Shown here in pieces: positions 37,513-49,800 of a stretch of 64,000 nt of DNA. How positions within the stretch are numbered: the first letter of the stretch is position 1; each line of letters starts with the position of its first letter. A model generated the notes under the pieces. That model was not told where the DNA came from and did no database searches. It saw only the letters and a program-made list of their open reading frames with translations. The stretch is taken from the NCBI GenBank assembly GCA_030390025.1, contig CM059432.1, positions 140,122,001-140,186,000 on the forward strand. Direction: 5' to 3'. A program made the translations under genes and the position numbers. This DNA is from Squalus acanthias. Taxonomy: Eukaryota.

Positions 37513-38715
37513 TGTTGGGCTTTGCTGACTGCTCCTCATGTTTCGACTAGATCGACAATACTTCCAATCAAGACTCAGACATAAAAATGGCTACTGGAGT
37601 GAGGTACGGAGGGCTACTGGCAACAACAGATCCATACCACCAAATGTGACTGCCTTCGGAAGAGGAACAGAGAACATTGAGGTGTAGGCAAATGCTATAC
37701 TCCTCCTTGTGTACACAAGAAATATGTATATAATTAATGGACCTGTGCCGATGTAGTAAATGGGAAAAATTGTCAATCAATTCCAGCGTCACACGTGCAA
37801 AGAGTCTATCATATTTGACTGGCTCGCACAGTGGCTTCATTCATGGGGCTGTGATGAAAAATAATTCTGGTTTCATTTCAGTTGAAATTTAAGCCCTAAG
37901 GGGTCTGTCTTACGGCCAGTCAAAGGTTACTCATTTGTTGCCCCAACCTCCCCAAGGTGTGTTCACACTATCAGTCTTTTATTTTTTTTTCTTCCTGCAA
38001 TGCAGTCTTGTTGGTTTTCCTGCTTAGTGTCTTAAACTGTTCAGTCATATGCGTGTGGTGTGTTTCCCATATGATTCAGTAACATTTGCACCACCTGCTC
38101 TTGTTCAGGGGCCGTGTCTCCCTCCACATGCTTAAACCATGATGTTTCCTAAATCTGCTGAAAGGTGTAAATCCTCTTTCCTGAATTCTCCTGAGCCCGT
38201 CATCCCCTTTTGTAGTTCCAAGTCGGCGATCGAAGTGGTCGCTCGCTATTCATCACTGAATAAAAGTTGAGTTTCTGAAGATATCTGACGTTTCTGGCGA
38301 TGAGTTGCCTCATCTTTGTCTTTGTTTCCAGCTGTGTGGTTGACTTGCTTAGGGGGGGATATCCCTCTCTGTAAGCACCTCGTTAAAGGCGCTATATAAA
38401 TGCAAGTTGTTGTTGTTGTTTCGGTCTGCCGTCGGGAAGGTGACGTGTTCCTTGATTCTGAGGCCATTTTGTCTGTGTATCATCTTGCTTTTCTGGGGAT
38501 TAAATTTGTGCTTCGTAGAATCATACAGCACAGAAGGAGGCCATTCGGCCCTTCGTGCCTGTGCCGGCACTTTGAGCTCTCCAATTAGTCCCACGCCCCC
38601 TGCCCTTCCCCCATACCCCTGCAAATTTCTCCTTTTCAAGTATTTATCCAATTCCCTTTTGAAAGTTGAGAAGTCGCACAACACCAGGTTATAGTCCAAC
38701 AGATTTATTTAAAAT

Positions 38716-38751
38716 TACAAGCTTTCGGAGCTGTCGCCCCTTCCTCAGGTA
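38716..38751 (-). ncRNA. Minimal type I hammerhead ribozyme motif (PLE family A)
   Basis: UAC-CUGAGGA-A-GGGGC-GACA-GCUCC-GAAA-GC-UU-GUA: stem I UAC/GUA, stem II 5 bp with one G-U, and palindrome AAGCUU in place of helix III. Confidence 0.75.
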
Positions 38752-38996
38752 GAGTTACTGTGAGACAATCTACCAGAATTCACAGAATATAAACACAGAG
38801 AAAATGCAGAGATTCAATCTATCCCTACATCAAAGACATACTAAGAGCACAGCCAAGACAATGAGATGTGTCCCAGGGGGTCCAACGTGTCAAAACACCT
38901 GCTGGCTGCATATCCTCTCCATTTGGGTTTGTTTCTTGTGTTTGTTTCTTGTGTTTGTTTTTTTAAAAAGCTGGAAAAACCGGCAACGATGTCAAG

Positions 38997-39983
38997 TCAC
39001 GTTCTGTAGCGTGACATGAACCCGATATCCCGATTGAGGCCGTCCTCATGAGTGCGGAACTTGGCTATCAGTTTCTGCTCGATGATTTTGCGTTGTCGTG
39101 TATCCCGAAGGCCGCCTTGGAGAACGCTAACCCGCAGATCCGAGGCTGAATGCCCTTGACTGCTGAAGTGTTCCCCGACTGGGAGGCAACCCTCCTGCCT
39201 GGCGATTGTTGCGCGGTGTCCGTTCATACGTTGTCTCAGTGTCTGCATGGTCTCGCCGATGTACCATGCTCTGGGGCATCCTTTACTGCAACGTATCATG
39301 TAGACAACGTTGGCCGAGTCACATGAGTATGTACCATGTACCTGGTGGGTAGTGTCCTCACGTGTGATGACGGTATCTGTGTCCATGATCTGGCATGTCT
39401 TGCAGAGGTTGCCGTGGCAGGGTTGTGTGGTGTCGTGGTCGCTGTTCTCCTGAAAGCTGGGTAATTTGCTGCGAACGATGGTACTTTTGAGGTTAGGCGG
39501 CTGCTTGAAGGCGAGTAGTGGAGGCGTGGGGATGGCCTTAGCAAGGTGTTCGTCGTCATCGATGACATGTTGAAGGCTGCGAAGAACATGGCGTAGTTTC
39601 TCCGCTCCGGGGAAGTACTGGACGACGTAGGGTACTCTGTTGGTTGTGTCCCGTTTTCGTCTTCTGAGGAGGTCTATGCGGTTTTTCGCTGTGGCCCGTC
39701 GGAACTGTCGATCGACGAGTCGAGCGTCATATCCCGTTCTTACGAGGGCGTCTTTCAGTGTCCGTAGGTGTCCATCGCGTTCCTCCTCGTCTGAGCAGAT
39801 CCTGTGTATTCGCAGGGCTTGTCCATAGGGGATGGCTTCTTTAACGTGGTTAGGGTGGAAGCTGGAGAAGTGGAACATCGTGAGGTTGTCCGTGGGCTTG
39901 CGGTAGAGTGAAGTGCTGAGGTGTCCGTCTTTGATGGAGATTCGTGTGTCCAAGAATGAAACCGATTCTGAGGAGTAGTCCAT
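38997..39983 (-). CDS. Penelope-like element polyprotein C-terminal half (end of RT, thumb, GIY-YIG endonuclease), 5'-truncated
   Basis: FLDTRI..STSLYRKPT..SSFHP..IPYGQALRIHRICS; CHGNLCKTC; NVVYMIRC..AWYIGET..RMNGHR..VGEHF..IEQKLI..GLN. Uninterrupted for 328 codons. Confidence 0.9.
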   Translation of the reverse strand: MDYSSESVSFLDTRISIKDGHLSTSLYRKPTDNLTMFHFSSFHPNHVKEAIPYGQALRIHRICSDEEERDGHLRTLKDALVRTGYDARLVDRQFRRATAKNRIDLLRRRKRDTTNRVPYVVQYFPGAEKLRHVLRSLQHVIDDDEHLAKAIPTPPLLAFKQPPNLKSTIVRSKLPSFQENSDHDTTQPCHGNLCKTCQIMDTDTVITREDTTHQVHGTYSCDSANVVYMIRCSKGCPRAWYIGETMQTLRQRMNGHRATIARQEGCLPVGEHFSSQGHSASDLRVSVLQGGLRDTRQRKIIEQKLIAKFRTHEDGLNRDIGFMSRYRT

Positions 39984-41129
39984 GGTGAGTACTTTTGAAA
40001 GTTGCTATTGGATCTGCTTCCACTGCCCTTTTCAGGCAGCGCATTCCAGATCATCATAACTCGCTGCATAAAAAATCTTCTCACCTTCCCTCTGATTGTT
40101 TTGCCAATTACCTTAAATTTTTGTCCTCTTACTGAAATATTTAAGTCGCATTCACTGCGCTCCATTAACCTTGATTTTCTGCTGTTGACATAATTTAGAC
40201 CCGAATGGCTCCTGCTGGGTTTTAGATGGACTCAAGTGGCAATGTGCTGTTTGCATGCAATTTTCTGAGGTTATTTCATGGCTTCGGTGAGATTTGGATT
40301 GGTGCAGGGAGCATGCTAATAGTGGAGGGAGTGGAAAATTGTGAGTAAGTGAAATGTAAAGGAAAGGGAACAATTGAAGGAGTGTGTCAGATTAGGGGGA
40401 CAAAATCCTGAAAATCTTTGGAAAGACTCCAATGGCATCTCAACCCACCAGCAGCCCTTGCCAAGGCCGAAGGGACTACGACACTGGCAAAGTGAAGGGA
40501 AAGAAAATCCAAAAATGTGGGCATGAGTCTGGGGGCACTTGACGGCGCAGCCCACATGGACACCCCTGTTTGATGACTGTTGGAAGAAAAGGTGGTGCAT
40601 GAGGTGCTTGCAAGGAGAATTGCCAACTGCGCCACTCCATGGACCCCATCCTCACAGGTCAGCATCGGAGCGTGTCTGCGAGGAGGTGGAGCCGTATGTC
40701 TGGCAACCGTTGACAATTCTTGCCACTGATGTGCCAGCTCTACGCTACCCAGTAGCTGCAGATGTCCCTGCATCACCCGGCACCGGTTGCGTCCCTGCTT
40801 CCTTCAGGAGCGGAACTTAACACACATTCTAATTATCTGCCAAAGCAAGGTCTGGCCAACTCTGTCTGTGAATGTGGGTGTGGAGGTCCTGGTGGATGAC
40901 AACAGTGTAGCTCTTGTGCAACTTGACTTGGCATCTCTCCACAGCTCCTTTTCCTCTTCTCTCAAATATTCCAGACATTGTTGAAAACGTAAAAGATGGA
41001 TGGAACAGGTTTCTGATCAGTCAGATAACCACAAATTTAGCAGGTAATGCAATAGGGTAGTCACTGAGATCTTTACAGAAGTAACATTAGAGGTGATCTG
41101 TGTGAACCTAAAGCAAGGCTATTTACCCA

Positions 41130-41435
41130 TACCCTCCCTATCTCTGTAACCTCCTCCAGCCCTACAACCCCCCGAGATCGCTGCGTTCCTCCAATTCTGG
41201 CCTCCAGAGCATCCTCGATTTTCATCGCCCCACCATTGGTGGCCGTGCCTTCAGCTGCCTAGGCCCTAAGCTCTGGAATTCCCTCCCTAAACCTCTCTTT
41301 CTGACCAAGCTTTTGGTCACCTGTCCTAATAGCTCTTTATGTGGCTCGGTGTCAAATTTTGTTTGATACTCGTTCATGTGTAGTGCCCTGAGGACGTTAA
41401 AGTCGCTATATAAATGCAAGTTGTTGTTGTTGTTA
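41130..41435 (+). mobile_element. L2 LINE 3' fragment
   Basis: L2 3' sequence with a small internal deletion and (TTG)n tail. Confidence 0.8.
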
Positions 41436-42346
41436 TCGTGGACAATAAAATACAATGTTATTGCTGTATATGGAGAGTTGACAGTCTGCTTCACAAATTT
41501 GAATTAAAATATTTGATGTTATCATTATGCAACAGTGGTGTTTAACTGATGAATTTGACATGTTCTAGGCTGACACTCCGGTGCAGTACTGAGGGAGTGC
41601 TGCCTTTGTCAGAGGTGTTGCCCTTTGGGCGAGATGTTAAACTGGGGCCCTGTTTGCCTGTTTCAGTGTCAAGTGTCAGCTTTGGCTCAGTGGGTAGCGC
41701 TCTCGGAGTCAGAAAGTGGTGGGTTTAAATCGCACGCCATGCGACCTGAACACATAATCTGAGCTGACACTCCAATGCGGTCCTGAGAGACTGTCGGAGG
41801 TGCTGCCTTTTGAATAAGATGTTAAACTGAGGCCCGATTTCCCTGCTCTCTGCAGCTCAAGCGGATATCATGACACTATTCAAAGAAGAGCAATTCTCCT
41901 GGTTTCCCAGCCAGCATTCCTCTCTCAACTAACAATAAAAGCAGATTAACTAATTATTCATCCAATTGCCATTTACGGGATCTTGCTATGCGCAAAATAG
42001 CTGCTTCATTTGCCTACCGGTGCATCCCGAAAGTAATTCCCATGCGAGACAAATTTTCCCTTTATCTATCTTGTATCTACATAATATATTGTGCTGTTTG
42101 ATCTTTAGTTGCTCTTAGGCAGGAACCGATTCTGAACCAGATTTCAAGCTTTACTGGGACAGATACTGTATGTATACCTTGAATAGATGAAGAAACAGGA
42201 CCACAATCCTAAAACACTCTCAGAATTGGCTGGGTCTATTGTGGGATACAGACCATTTATAGCTCATAAAAAATAGCTAAAGCCCTGCGTAATCCAGCTT
42301 GTTACTCATAACTCGTTTAGAGGGAAAAAGAAACATTAGATTCATG

Positions 42347-42817
42347 AAAGAAAGAAAGACATGCATTTCTATAGCGCCTTTCACGACCACCGGACGTCAC
42401 AAAGCGCTTTACAGCCAATGAAGTACTTTTGAAGTGTAGTCACTGTTGTAATGTGGGAAACGCGGCAGCCAAATTGCGCACAGCAAGCTCCCACAACCAG
42501 CAATGTGATAATGACCCTATAATCTGTTTTTGTTACTTTGGTTGAGGGATAAATATTGGCCCCAGGACACCGGGGATAACTCCCCTGCTCCTCTTCGAAA
42601 TAGTGCCATGGGATCTTTTACGCCCACCTGAGAGAGCAGACGGGGCCTCGGTTTAACGTCTCATCTGAAAGACGGCACCTCCGACAGTGCAGCACTCCCT
42701 CAGCACTGCACTGGAGTGTCAGCCTAGCTTTATGTGCTCAAGTCCCTGGAGTGGGACTTGAACCCACAACCTTCTGACCCAGAGGCGAGGAGTGCTGCCC
42801 ACTGAGCCACAGCTGAC
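42347..42817 (-). mobile_element. Full-length Deu-domain (SacSINE1-like) SINE
   Basis: Head GTCAGCTGTGGCTCAGTGG..GGTTCAAGTCCC, Deu core, L2-like tail and (CTTT)n. Confidence 0.88.
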
Positions 42818-43239
42818 AAAATGAACAAAATTCTGACATTCATTTCTGGTGTAATCAAATTGGTTTGTAAAATTCTGCAACCACCTCCACTTCCCATATG
42901 CCTTGTTGCAATTGTTGCCAATTGGCAGTTCATCCAAGATGAGCTTGACTGCTACCACACTTCGAAGGCTGGCTTGACCCCACTTTATATTGGTTTTTTT
43001 TTTGGAGCACTCACCTGGTACAGGACTATCAATTTCAAGAAAATGTGATTTAGAGACAGATTGGAAAACCATTTTCGGAAATGGAGCCGTGTTTATTTTT
43101 AAGAGTGACATTTGTCAAATAGATTAATTTTTCAAACGAGATTGACGGACTGTCGCGCCCAATGGAAGAGACTGGGCGGGCCTGCTGCCTTTGGACAAAG
43201 CTAAAGTAAAAATAAAAATAAGTTACACACATGCACAAT

Positions 43240-43706
43240 GAAGAAAGAACCTGCATTTCTATAGCGCCTTTCACGACCTCAGGACCTCCCATAACACTTT
43301 ACAGCCGATTAAGGGCTTTTTCGAAGTGTCGTCACTGTTGTAATGTAGGAAACGCAGCAGCAAATTTACACACGCTGTCTCACAAAGAGCAATGTGACAA
43401 TGACCAGATAATCTGTGCGAGTGACGTTGGTTAAGGGATAAGTATTGGCCAGGACACCGGAGAGAACTCCCCTGCTCTTCTCAATAGTGGCCGTGGGATT
43501 GTTTACATCCACCTGAGAGGGCTGACGGGGCCTCGGTTTAACGTCTCATCCGAAAGGCGGCACCTCCGACAGTGCGGCACTCCCTCAGCACTGCACTGGG
43601 AGTGTCAGCCTAGATTTATGTGCTCACGTCTCTGGAGTGGGACTTGAACCCACAAACCTTCTGACTCAGAGGCGAGAGAGTGCTACCCACTGAGCCAGGG
43701 CTGACA
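43240..43706 (-). mobile_element. Full-length Deu-domain SINE
   Basis: Same architecture as 42347-42817. Confidence 0.88.
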
Positions 43707-44044
43707 TCTAATGCACACAGATAACATGCATTTATCATGCATGCCCATGCACAGCTTTTTTTTTGCACAGGTTTTTAGTTTAAATTTAGCCCGTGGTATT
43801 CAGAAACGATTCATGTAGTAAGTTGTGCAAGTAGCTGGTGATGGACATACTTCTCATTTTGTAACAGGAAATGCTGCTGCCAAACCGAAATGTTTTAATC
43901 TCTCAAACTCATCCCTTCAATCTAAAGTGGACATAGTTATTTTCTATTTCTTCTTTTCAATATGACCAGAATGGTACCGCTGTGTTCAGCTAATGCAATC
44001 TGTGGTAACATGGCATAAAATGATATTCAGCTCCATGGAGTGGC

Positions 44045-44722
44045 ATGAATCGCAAAAGGTTAGTATGCAGGTACAGCAAGTAATTAGGAAAGCTAATAGA
44101 ATGTTATCGTTTATTGCGAGGGGAATTGAACACAAAAGTAGGGAGGTTATGCTTCAGCAATACAGGGCATTGGTGAGACGACATCTGGAGTACTGTGTAC
44201 AGTATTGGTCTCCTTATTTAAGGAAGGATGTAAATGCGTTGGAAGCAGTTCAGAGAAGGTTTACTAGACTATTACTTGGAATGGGCGGGTTGTCTTATGA
44301 GGAAAGGTTGGACAGGCTAGGCTTGTATCCACTGGAGTTTAGAAGAGTAAGAGATGACTTGATTGAAACATATAAGATCCTGAGGGGTCTGGACAGGGTG
44401 GATGTGGAGAGGATGTTTCCTCTTGTGGGAGAATCTAGAACTAGGGGTCTCTGTTTAAAAATAAGGGATCGCCCATTTAAGACAGATGAGGAGAAATGTT
44501 TTCTCACAGAGGGTGGTGAGTCTTTGGAACTCTCTTCCTCAGAGGGCGGTGGAAGCAGAATCTTTGAATATTTTTAGGCAGAGGTAGATAGATTCTTGAT
44601 AAGCAAGGGGGTGAAAGGTTATTGGGGGTAGGCGGGAATGTGGAGTAATCAGATCAGCCATGATCTTATTGAATGGCGGAGCAGGCTCGAAGGGCCGAGT
44701 GGCCTACTCCTGCTCCTAATTC
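44045..44722 (+). mobile_element. CR1 LINE 3' fragment
   Basis: HESQKVSMQVQQVIRKAN..HLEYCVQYWSP..LEFRRVRDDLIETYK, with a frameshift near 44485. Confidence 0.88.
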
Positions 44723-44724
44723 TA

Positions 44725-44928
44725 AAAAAAACCCTCCCCCCTTTCCCTGCCCCTACACTTGCTTAAAAACCTGTTACTTCTCCAACTTTTTCCAGTTCTG
44801 ACGAAGGGTCATCGACCTGAAACGTTAACTCTGTTTCTCTCTCTACAGATGCTGCCTGACCGGCTGAGTATCTCCAGCATTTTCTGTTTTTATTTCAGAT
44901 TTCCAGCATCCGCAGTATTTTGCTTTTG
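44725..44928 (+). mobile_element. Penelope-like element 3' end fragment (family B)
   Basis: Matches the reverse complement of 57145-57280 and includes a hammerhead motif. Confidence 0.75.
44794..44830 (+). ncRNA. Minimal type I hammerhead ribozyme motif (PLE family B)
   Basis: AGUU-CUGACGA-A-GGGUC-AUC-GACCU-GAAA-CG-UU-AACU: stem I AGUU/AACU, stem II 5 bp, palindrome AACGUU. Confidence 0.78.
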
Positions 44929-44929
44929 T

Positions 44930-45240
44930 TGTAGGTAGGTTTTAAGGATCGTCTTAAAGGAGAAGAGAGAGAGAGGTGGAGAAGTGGAGAGGTTTAGGGA
45001 GGGAATTCCAGAGCTTAGGGCCCAGGCAACTGAAATCACGGCCGCCAATGATGGAGCGATGGAAATCGGGGGTGCGCAAGAGGTCAGAATTGCTGGGGCG
45101 CGGAGATCTCGGAGGGTTGTAGGACTGGAGGAAGTTACAGAGATAGGGAGAGGGCGAGGCCATGTAGGGATTTGAAAACAAGGATGAGAATTTTAAAATT
45201 GAGTCGTTGCCGGACCGGGAGCCTATGTAGGTCAGCGAAC
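44930..45240 (-). mobile_element. L2 LINE fragment
   Basis: GGRDFSCLGPKLWNSLP on the minus strand. Confidence 0.8.
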
Positions 45241-45790
45241 TCAGCACCATCTGGAGATTGATCTGGGTGGGACCTTCTCAGTCTGTATGGCCTAGTTCCA
45301 CACTAAGCAGTGCACGTACCAACTGAATAATTGTCAAATCATTAACTTTTCTTGCCAGTAAACATTGCGTTGCTAAAGATGCTTTTATATTTGGATCTTG
45401 TTTAGTTTGGATCGGGGAACATAAGAACATAAGAAATAGGAGCAGGAGTAGGCCATACGGCCCCTTGAGCCTGCTCCGCCATTCAATAAGATCATGGCTG
45501 ATCATCGACCTCAACTCCACTTTTCTGCCCGATCTCCATATCCCTTGATTCCCCTAGAGTCCAAAAATCTATCGGTCTCACCCTTGAATATACTCAAAGA
45601 CTCAGCATTCACAGAGGAAGAGAGTGGTGTCTGTGTGCGGGATCCCCATGTTGACACTGGTAAAACCAGTTGCCTTGTTCAGAAGACAGAATCACAGTCA
45701 CAAAATGAAAATGTGGGCCTACGATTCTGCTGTTAGGCTCCATACTAAACAAACTCCAAATGTAAAACTGCCTGATATCTACTTAATAGA

Positions 45791-45845
45791 GAAGTCGCAC
45801 AACACCAGGTTATAGTCCAACAGATTTATTTAAAATTACAAGCTT
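45791..45845 (-). mobile_element. 55-bp extreme 3' end of PLE family A with 11-bp TSD
   Basis: Identical to 38670-38724. Flanked by TACTTAATAGA at 45780-45790 and 45846-45856. Confidence 0.88.
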
Positions 45846-47231
45846 TACTTAATAGAACCATGGAAATAACAGAATGGTGCCCTATAAATCAAACAGTCAA
45901 ACAATAGCACTTATGTATCCCTTGCAGTGTTTCACGCGTCCCATTCACACCAGAAGGGTCAATTGAAAAGAAGTCTTTTCAATGATACCGAATTTTGGAT
46001 CTTCCAGCTTTGCTATTCGTAAACTAATTAGAGTCCTTTTGTAACATTTATTCTCACCTCTACTACTAGCCCGTACATATGCCAGACAGGAGCAAATTAC
46101 CTGCCCAATGTATATGTCTGGCGGAACAGGAGACCAATGCCAGAGGAATCAGACTGTTGCAACGCTTCATTTGAAACGGACATGAACAAGCATTTAAGTA
46201 ATGCAATTACAGTGTGTCAAACTATTACTATATTTACTGCATTTAACAATGGCATAATAACAGTGTTGACCTTCCTGTTGCTCCTTTGACGGGTTTTGCA
46301 ACTACACTGATAACACGGTGAGGGCCATTTAGTAACATTACACAAAGTGTGGTTCCACTGTGGTTAAAGGGTTGTTAAATGGTCGTCACATCCTTGTTTA
46401 TGTGTCTTTACAACAAAGTGTTAAGATGCCGTGTTTACCCTAGTCCGATTCTGATCGGCTTCTCAGTTCGTTACTCAAGGTGCCTTTGGACTGGAGAGAC
46501 CAGTTAAAGAGCCATTGTTGTTCGGAATGCTCTGCTGGCGCACTGAGAGCCCACGAGCAGCGAAACCTACGTTAACCATGACGGTGTTGCACAGTAAGCT
46601 CATCGTTATCTTTTCAGCACCAATGTTTTTACGGTCATTAAATTCTAGGGAGGGACTAGAGAATGAAAACACTGTCGTCAATTCAGAGAAACTAAATCGA
46701 GCACCAGTGATTTGCTAAAACTGGATTAAGAGGAAAACCGCCTTCTCCAGTTTTAACCCATCTATCTTTACAGAGGTGAAAACATTCTCCGTCTAGATCT
46801 GTATCCTCTTCTAAAATATTTAATTGTTACTAAATCAAACACTGCTTCTTCTTGGGTCATTTTTCTTTGTTTCATTCAAACGGATTGGAGGAGTTGAATG
46901 TTTTTTTCCTGCAAGTCACAGGTTGCTGATAGAAAGAAAGAGCTTGCATTTATATAGCCTCTTTCGTGACCATAGGAAGTCCCAAAGCACTTTACAGCCA
47001 ATGAAGTACATTTGTAGTCACTTCACTTGTAGGGAAACATGGCAGCCAACTTGCACACAGCAAGCTCCCACACAGAATAATTAAATAAGTAACCAGATAA
47101 TGATGTTGGTTGAGGGATAAATATTGGCCAGGACATCGGGGAGAACTCCCCGGCTCCTCATCAAAATAGTGTCGTGGGATCTTTTATGTCCACCTGAGCA
47201 GGCAGACGGGGCCTCGGTTTAACGTCTCATC

Positions 47232-49800
47232 AAATACCATAAAAATGTTATTACTGAGATATCTTCACTGCTTTCCTCCCTCAGCCCCTGCACCGAGCAA
47301 CTTCTCTTCCTCGGTGATTTCAAGCTCCATCTCAATTCATCATGGGCTCTCTCTCTCTCCTCTGAGTTCACTAGCCTCCTATCCTCCCTTAATCTCTCCC
47401 TCCATGTAAACTCCCCAACCCATACTCACGGCCACCCCCTCGACCTTGCCATCTCTCGTGGCCTCGCTACTCCCATCGTGTCAATCGAAGATAAGACCAT
47501 CTCTGACCACTTCCTCCTTTTGCTCTCCACCCACATCCCCCTTCCCCCCAACCCTACTTCCTTCTGTGTCCGCCCCTGGAAAAAACTCTCTCCCAACTCT
47601 CTTACAACTGCACTTACGAAATCCCAACTGTCCAGCCTTTGGCCCTCCATTCACCATGACATTTCTGCAGCTACTGATCTGCTCAACAACACCCTCACCA
47701 CCACCTTTGATGCCCTAGTCCCTACTAAAACAATTACCCTCTCTCACCCTGGCCGTTCCCTCTGGTACGGCCCTCATCTTCACTCCCTTAAGTCCAAGGG
47801 ACGCAGACTTGAACGGATATGACGGACAACTGGTTTAGCCATTCACTGCCAGATCTGGCTGGACTACATAAAGCATTATCGGGTCCTGCTTCGTCTAGCA
47901 AAATTACTCACTACTCCAGGATCATTCTGGAATGCAAAGATAAACCCCGGCTTCTATTCTTCACTGCTAACCATCTTCTTAAACTCCTCTCCCCTGTCTC
48001 CTCCACCCTCACCTCCGACAACAAATGTAAGGAGCTCATGGACTTCTTTGTCTCTAAGATTGAGACCATCCGTTCAGCAGCCTCTGCCACTTCCCTTCCT
48101 ACCCCTAGCCCACTGGGCCAAACTTCCTCTAAGGTTCCCCCCCTGCCCTAGCCCTGAACTCACATCTTTCTCCAGTTTCTCTCCAATCTCCCGTCATGAC
48201 CTCTCCGCGCTCATCTTGTCCATGAGACCCACTTCCTGCTCACTCGACCCTATTCCCACCAAACTGCTGACCACCCAACTTCCTTTTCTGGCTCCCATGT
48301 TAGCTGACATTGTTAACGGTTCTCTCTTCTCAGGTATTGTCCCCCTCTTCCTCAAATCTGCCGTCATCACCCCTCTCAAAAAACCAACCCTTGACCCCTC
48401 CGTCCTTGCAAACTACCGCCCCATCTCCAACCTCCCTCTCCTCTCCAAAGTCCTTGAACGTGTTGTCGCCTCCGAAATCCGTGCTCATCTTTCCCACAAC
48501 TCCATGTTTGAATCTCTCCAATCAGGTTTCCGCCCTTGCCACAGTACCGAAACGGCTCTCATCAAAGTCACAAATGACATCCTTTGTGACTGTGACAAAG
48601 GTAAACTATCCCTTCTTGTCCTTCCTGACTTGCACTCGCCTGGTTCCATTCTCATCTATCTAATCGTAGCCAAAGAATCACCTGCAACGGCTTCTCTTCC
48701 CGCTCCTGCATCGTTACCTCTGGTGTCCCCCAAGGATCTATCCTCTATCCTTGGCCCCCTCCTATTTCTCATCTATATGCTATCCCTTGGCGACATCATC
48801 CGAAAGCACAGCGTCAGTTTCCACATGTACGCTGACGACACCCAGCTCTACTTCACCACCACTTCTCTTGACCCCTCCATGGTGTCTAAATTGTCAGACT
48901 GCTTGTCCGACATCCAGTTCTGGATGAGCAAAAATTTTCTCCAATTAAACATTGGGAAGACTAAAGCCATTGTTTTCGGTCCCCGCCACAAACCAGCCAC
49001 TGATTCCACCCCTCTCCCCAACATTTGTCTGAGGCGGAACCACATTGTTTGCAACCTTGGTGTCATATTTAACCCTGAAATGAGCTTCCGACCACATATC
49101 TGCAGCATAACTAAGACCACCTACTTCCACCTCTGTAACATCGCCCGTCTCCGCCCTTGCCTCAGCTCATCCGCTGCTGAAACCCTCATCTATGCCTTTG
49201 TTACCTCTAGACTTGATTATTCCAACGCACTCCTGGCTGGCCTCCCACATTCCACCCTACGTAAACTTGAGGTTATCCAAAACTCGGCTGCCCGTGTCCT
49301 AACTCGCACCAAGTCCCGTTCGCCCATCACCCCTGTGCTCGCTGACCTACATTGGCTCCCGGTTAAGCAACGCCTCGATTTCAAAATTCTCATCCTTGTT
49401 TTCAAATTCCTCCATGGCTTCGCCCCTCCCTCTCTCTGTAATCTCCTCCAGCCCCACAACCCCCCGAGATATCTGCGCTCCTCTAATTCTGCCCTCTTGA
49501 GCATCCCTGATTATAATCGTTCAACCTTTGGTGGCAGTGCCTTCAGCTCCCTGGGTCCTAAGCTCTGGAATTCCCTGCCTAAACCTCTCCGCCTCGCTAC
49601 CTCTCTTTCCTCCTTTAAGACGCTCCTTAAAACCTACCTCTTTGACCAAGCTTTTGGTCATCTGCCCTAATTTCTCCTTATATGGATCGGTGTCAAATTT
49701 TTTGTCTTATAATACTCCTGTGAAGTGCCTTGGGACGTTTTACTACATTAAAGGCGCTATATAAATACAAGTTGTTGTAAATACAATACAAGTTGTTGTT
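47232..49800 (+). mobile_element. L2 LINE, about 2.6 kb, 5'-truncated; inserted in a minus-strand Deu-SINE (46935-47231 / 49801-49955)
   Basis: End of APE endonuclease (LGDF.., HGHPLDL, ISDH) and RT (NYRPISNLP, QSGFRPCHSTETAL, LGPLLF, HMYADDTQLY). Frameshifts near 47820-48100 and a deletion near 48630. The SINE breaks at GTCTCATC and resumes at ATCTGAAAGACGG. Confidence 0.93.
48048..49670 (+). pseudogene. L2 ORF2 reverse transcriptase, internally deleted
   Basis: YADD motif present. The segment after LSLLVLPDL is missing or out of frame. Confidence 0.88.

Larger units (their letters stand above)
38669..39991 (-). mobile_element. 5'-truncated Penelope-like retroelement inserted in a CR1 3' fragment (38515-38668 / 39992-40130)
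   Basis: 13-bp TSD CTTTTGAAAGTTG at 38656-38668 and 39992-40004. Contains an RT-thumb plus GIY-YIG ORF and a 3' hammerhead motif. Confidence 0.92.

Noticed and set aside
40390..40960. GC-richer stretch with several short ORFs, possible transposase remnant
   Set aside because: No recognisable motif, TIR or second copy found by eye.
42730..42817. tRNA genes (A/B-box sequences here and at many other sites)
   Set aside because: They are tRNA-derived SINE heads that continue directly into the Deu domain.
46475..46718. Short overlapping ORFs in unique-looking DNA as an exon
   Set aside because: No recognisable protein motif or convincing splice pair; possibly an old MITE.
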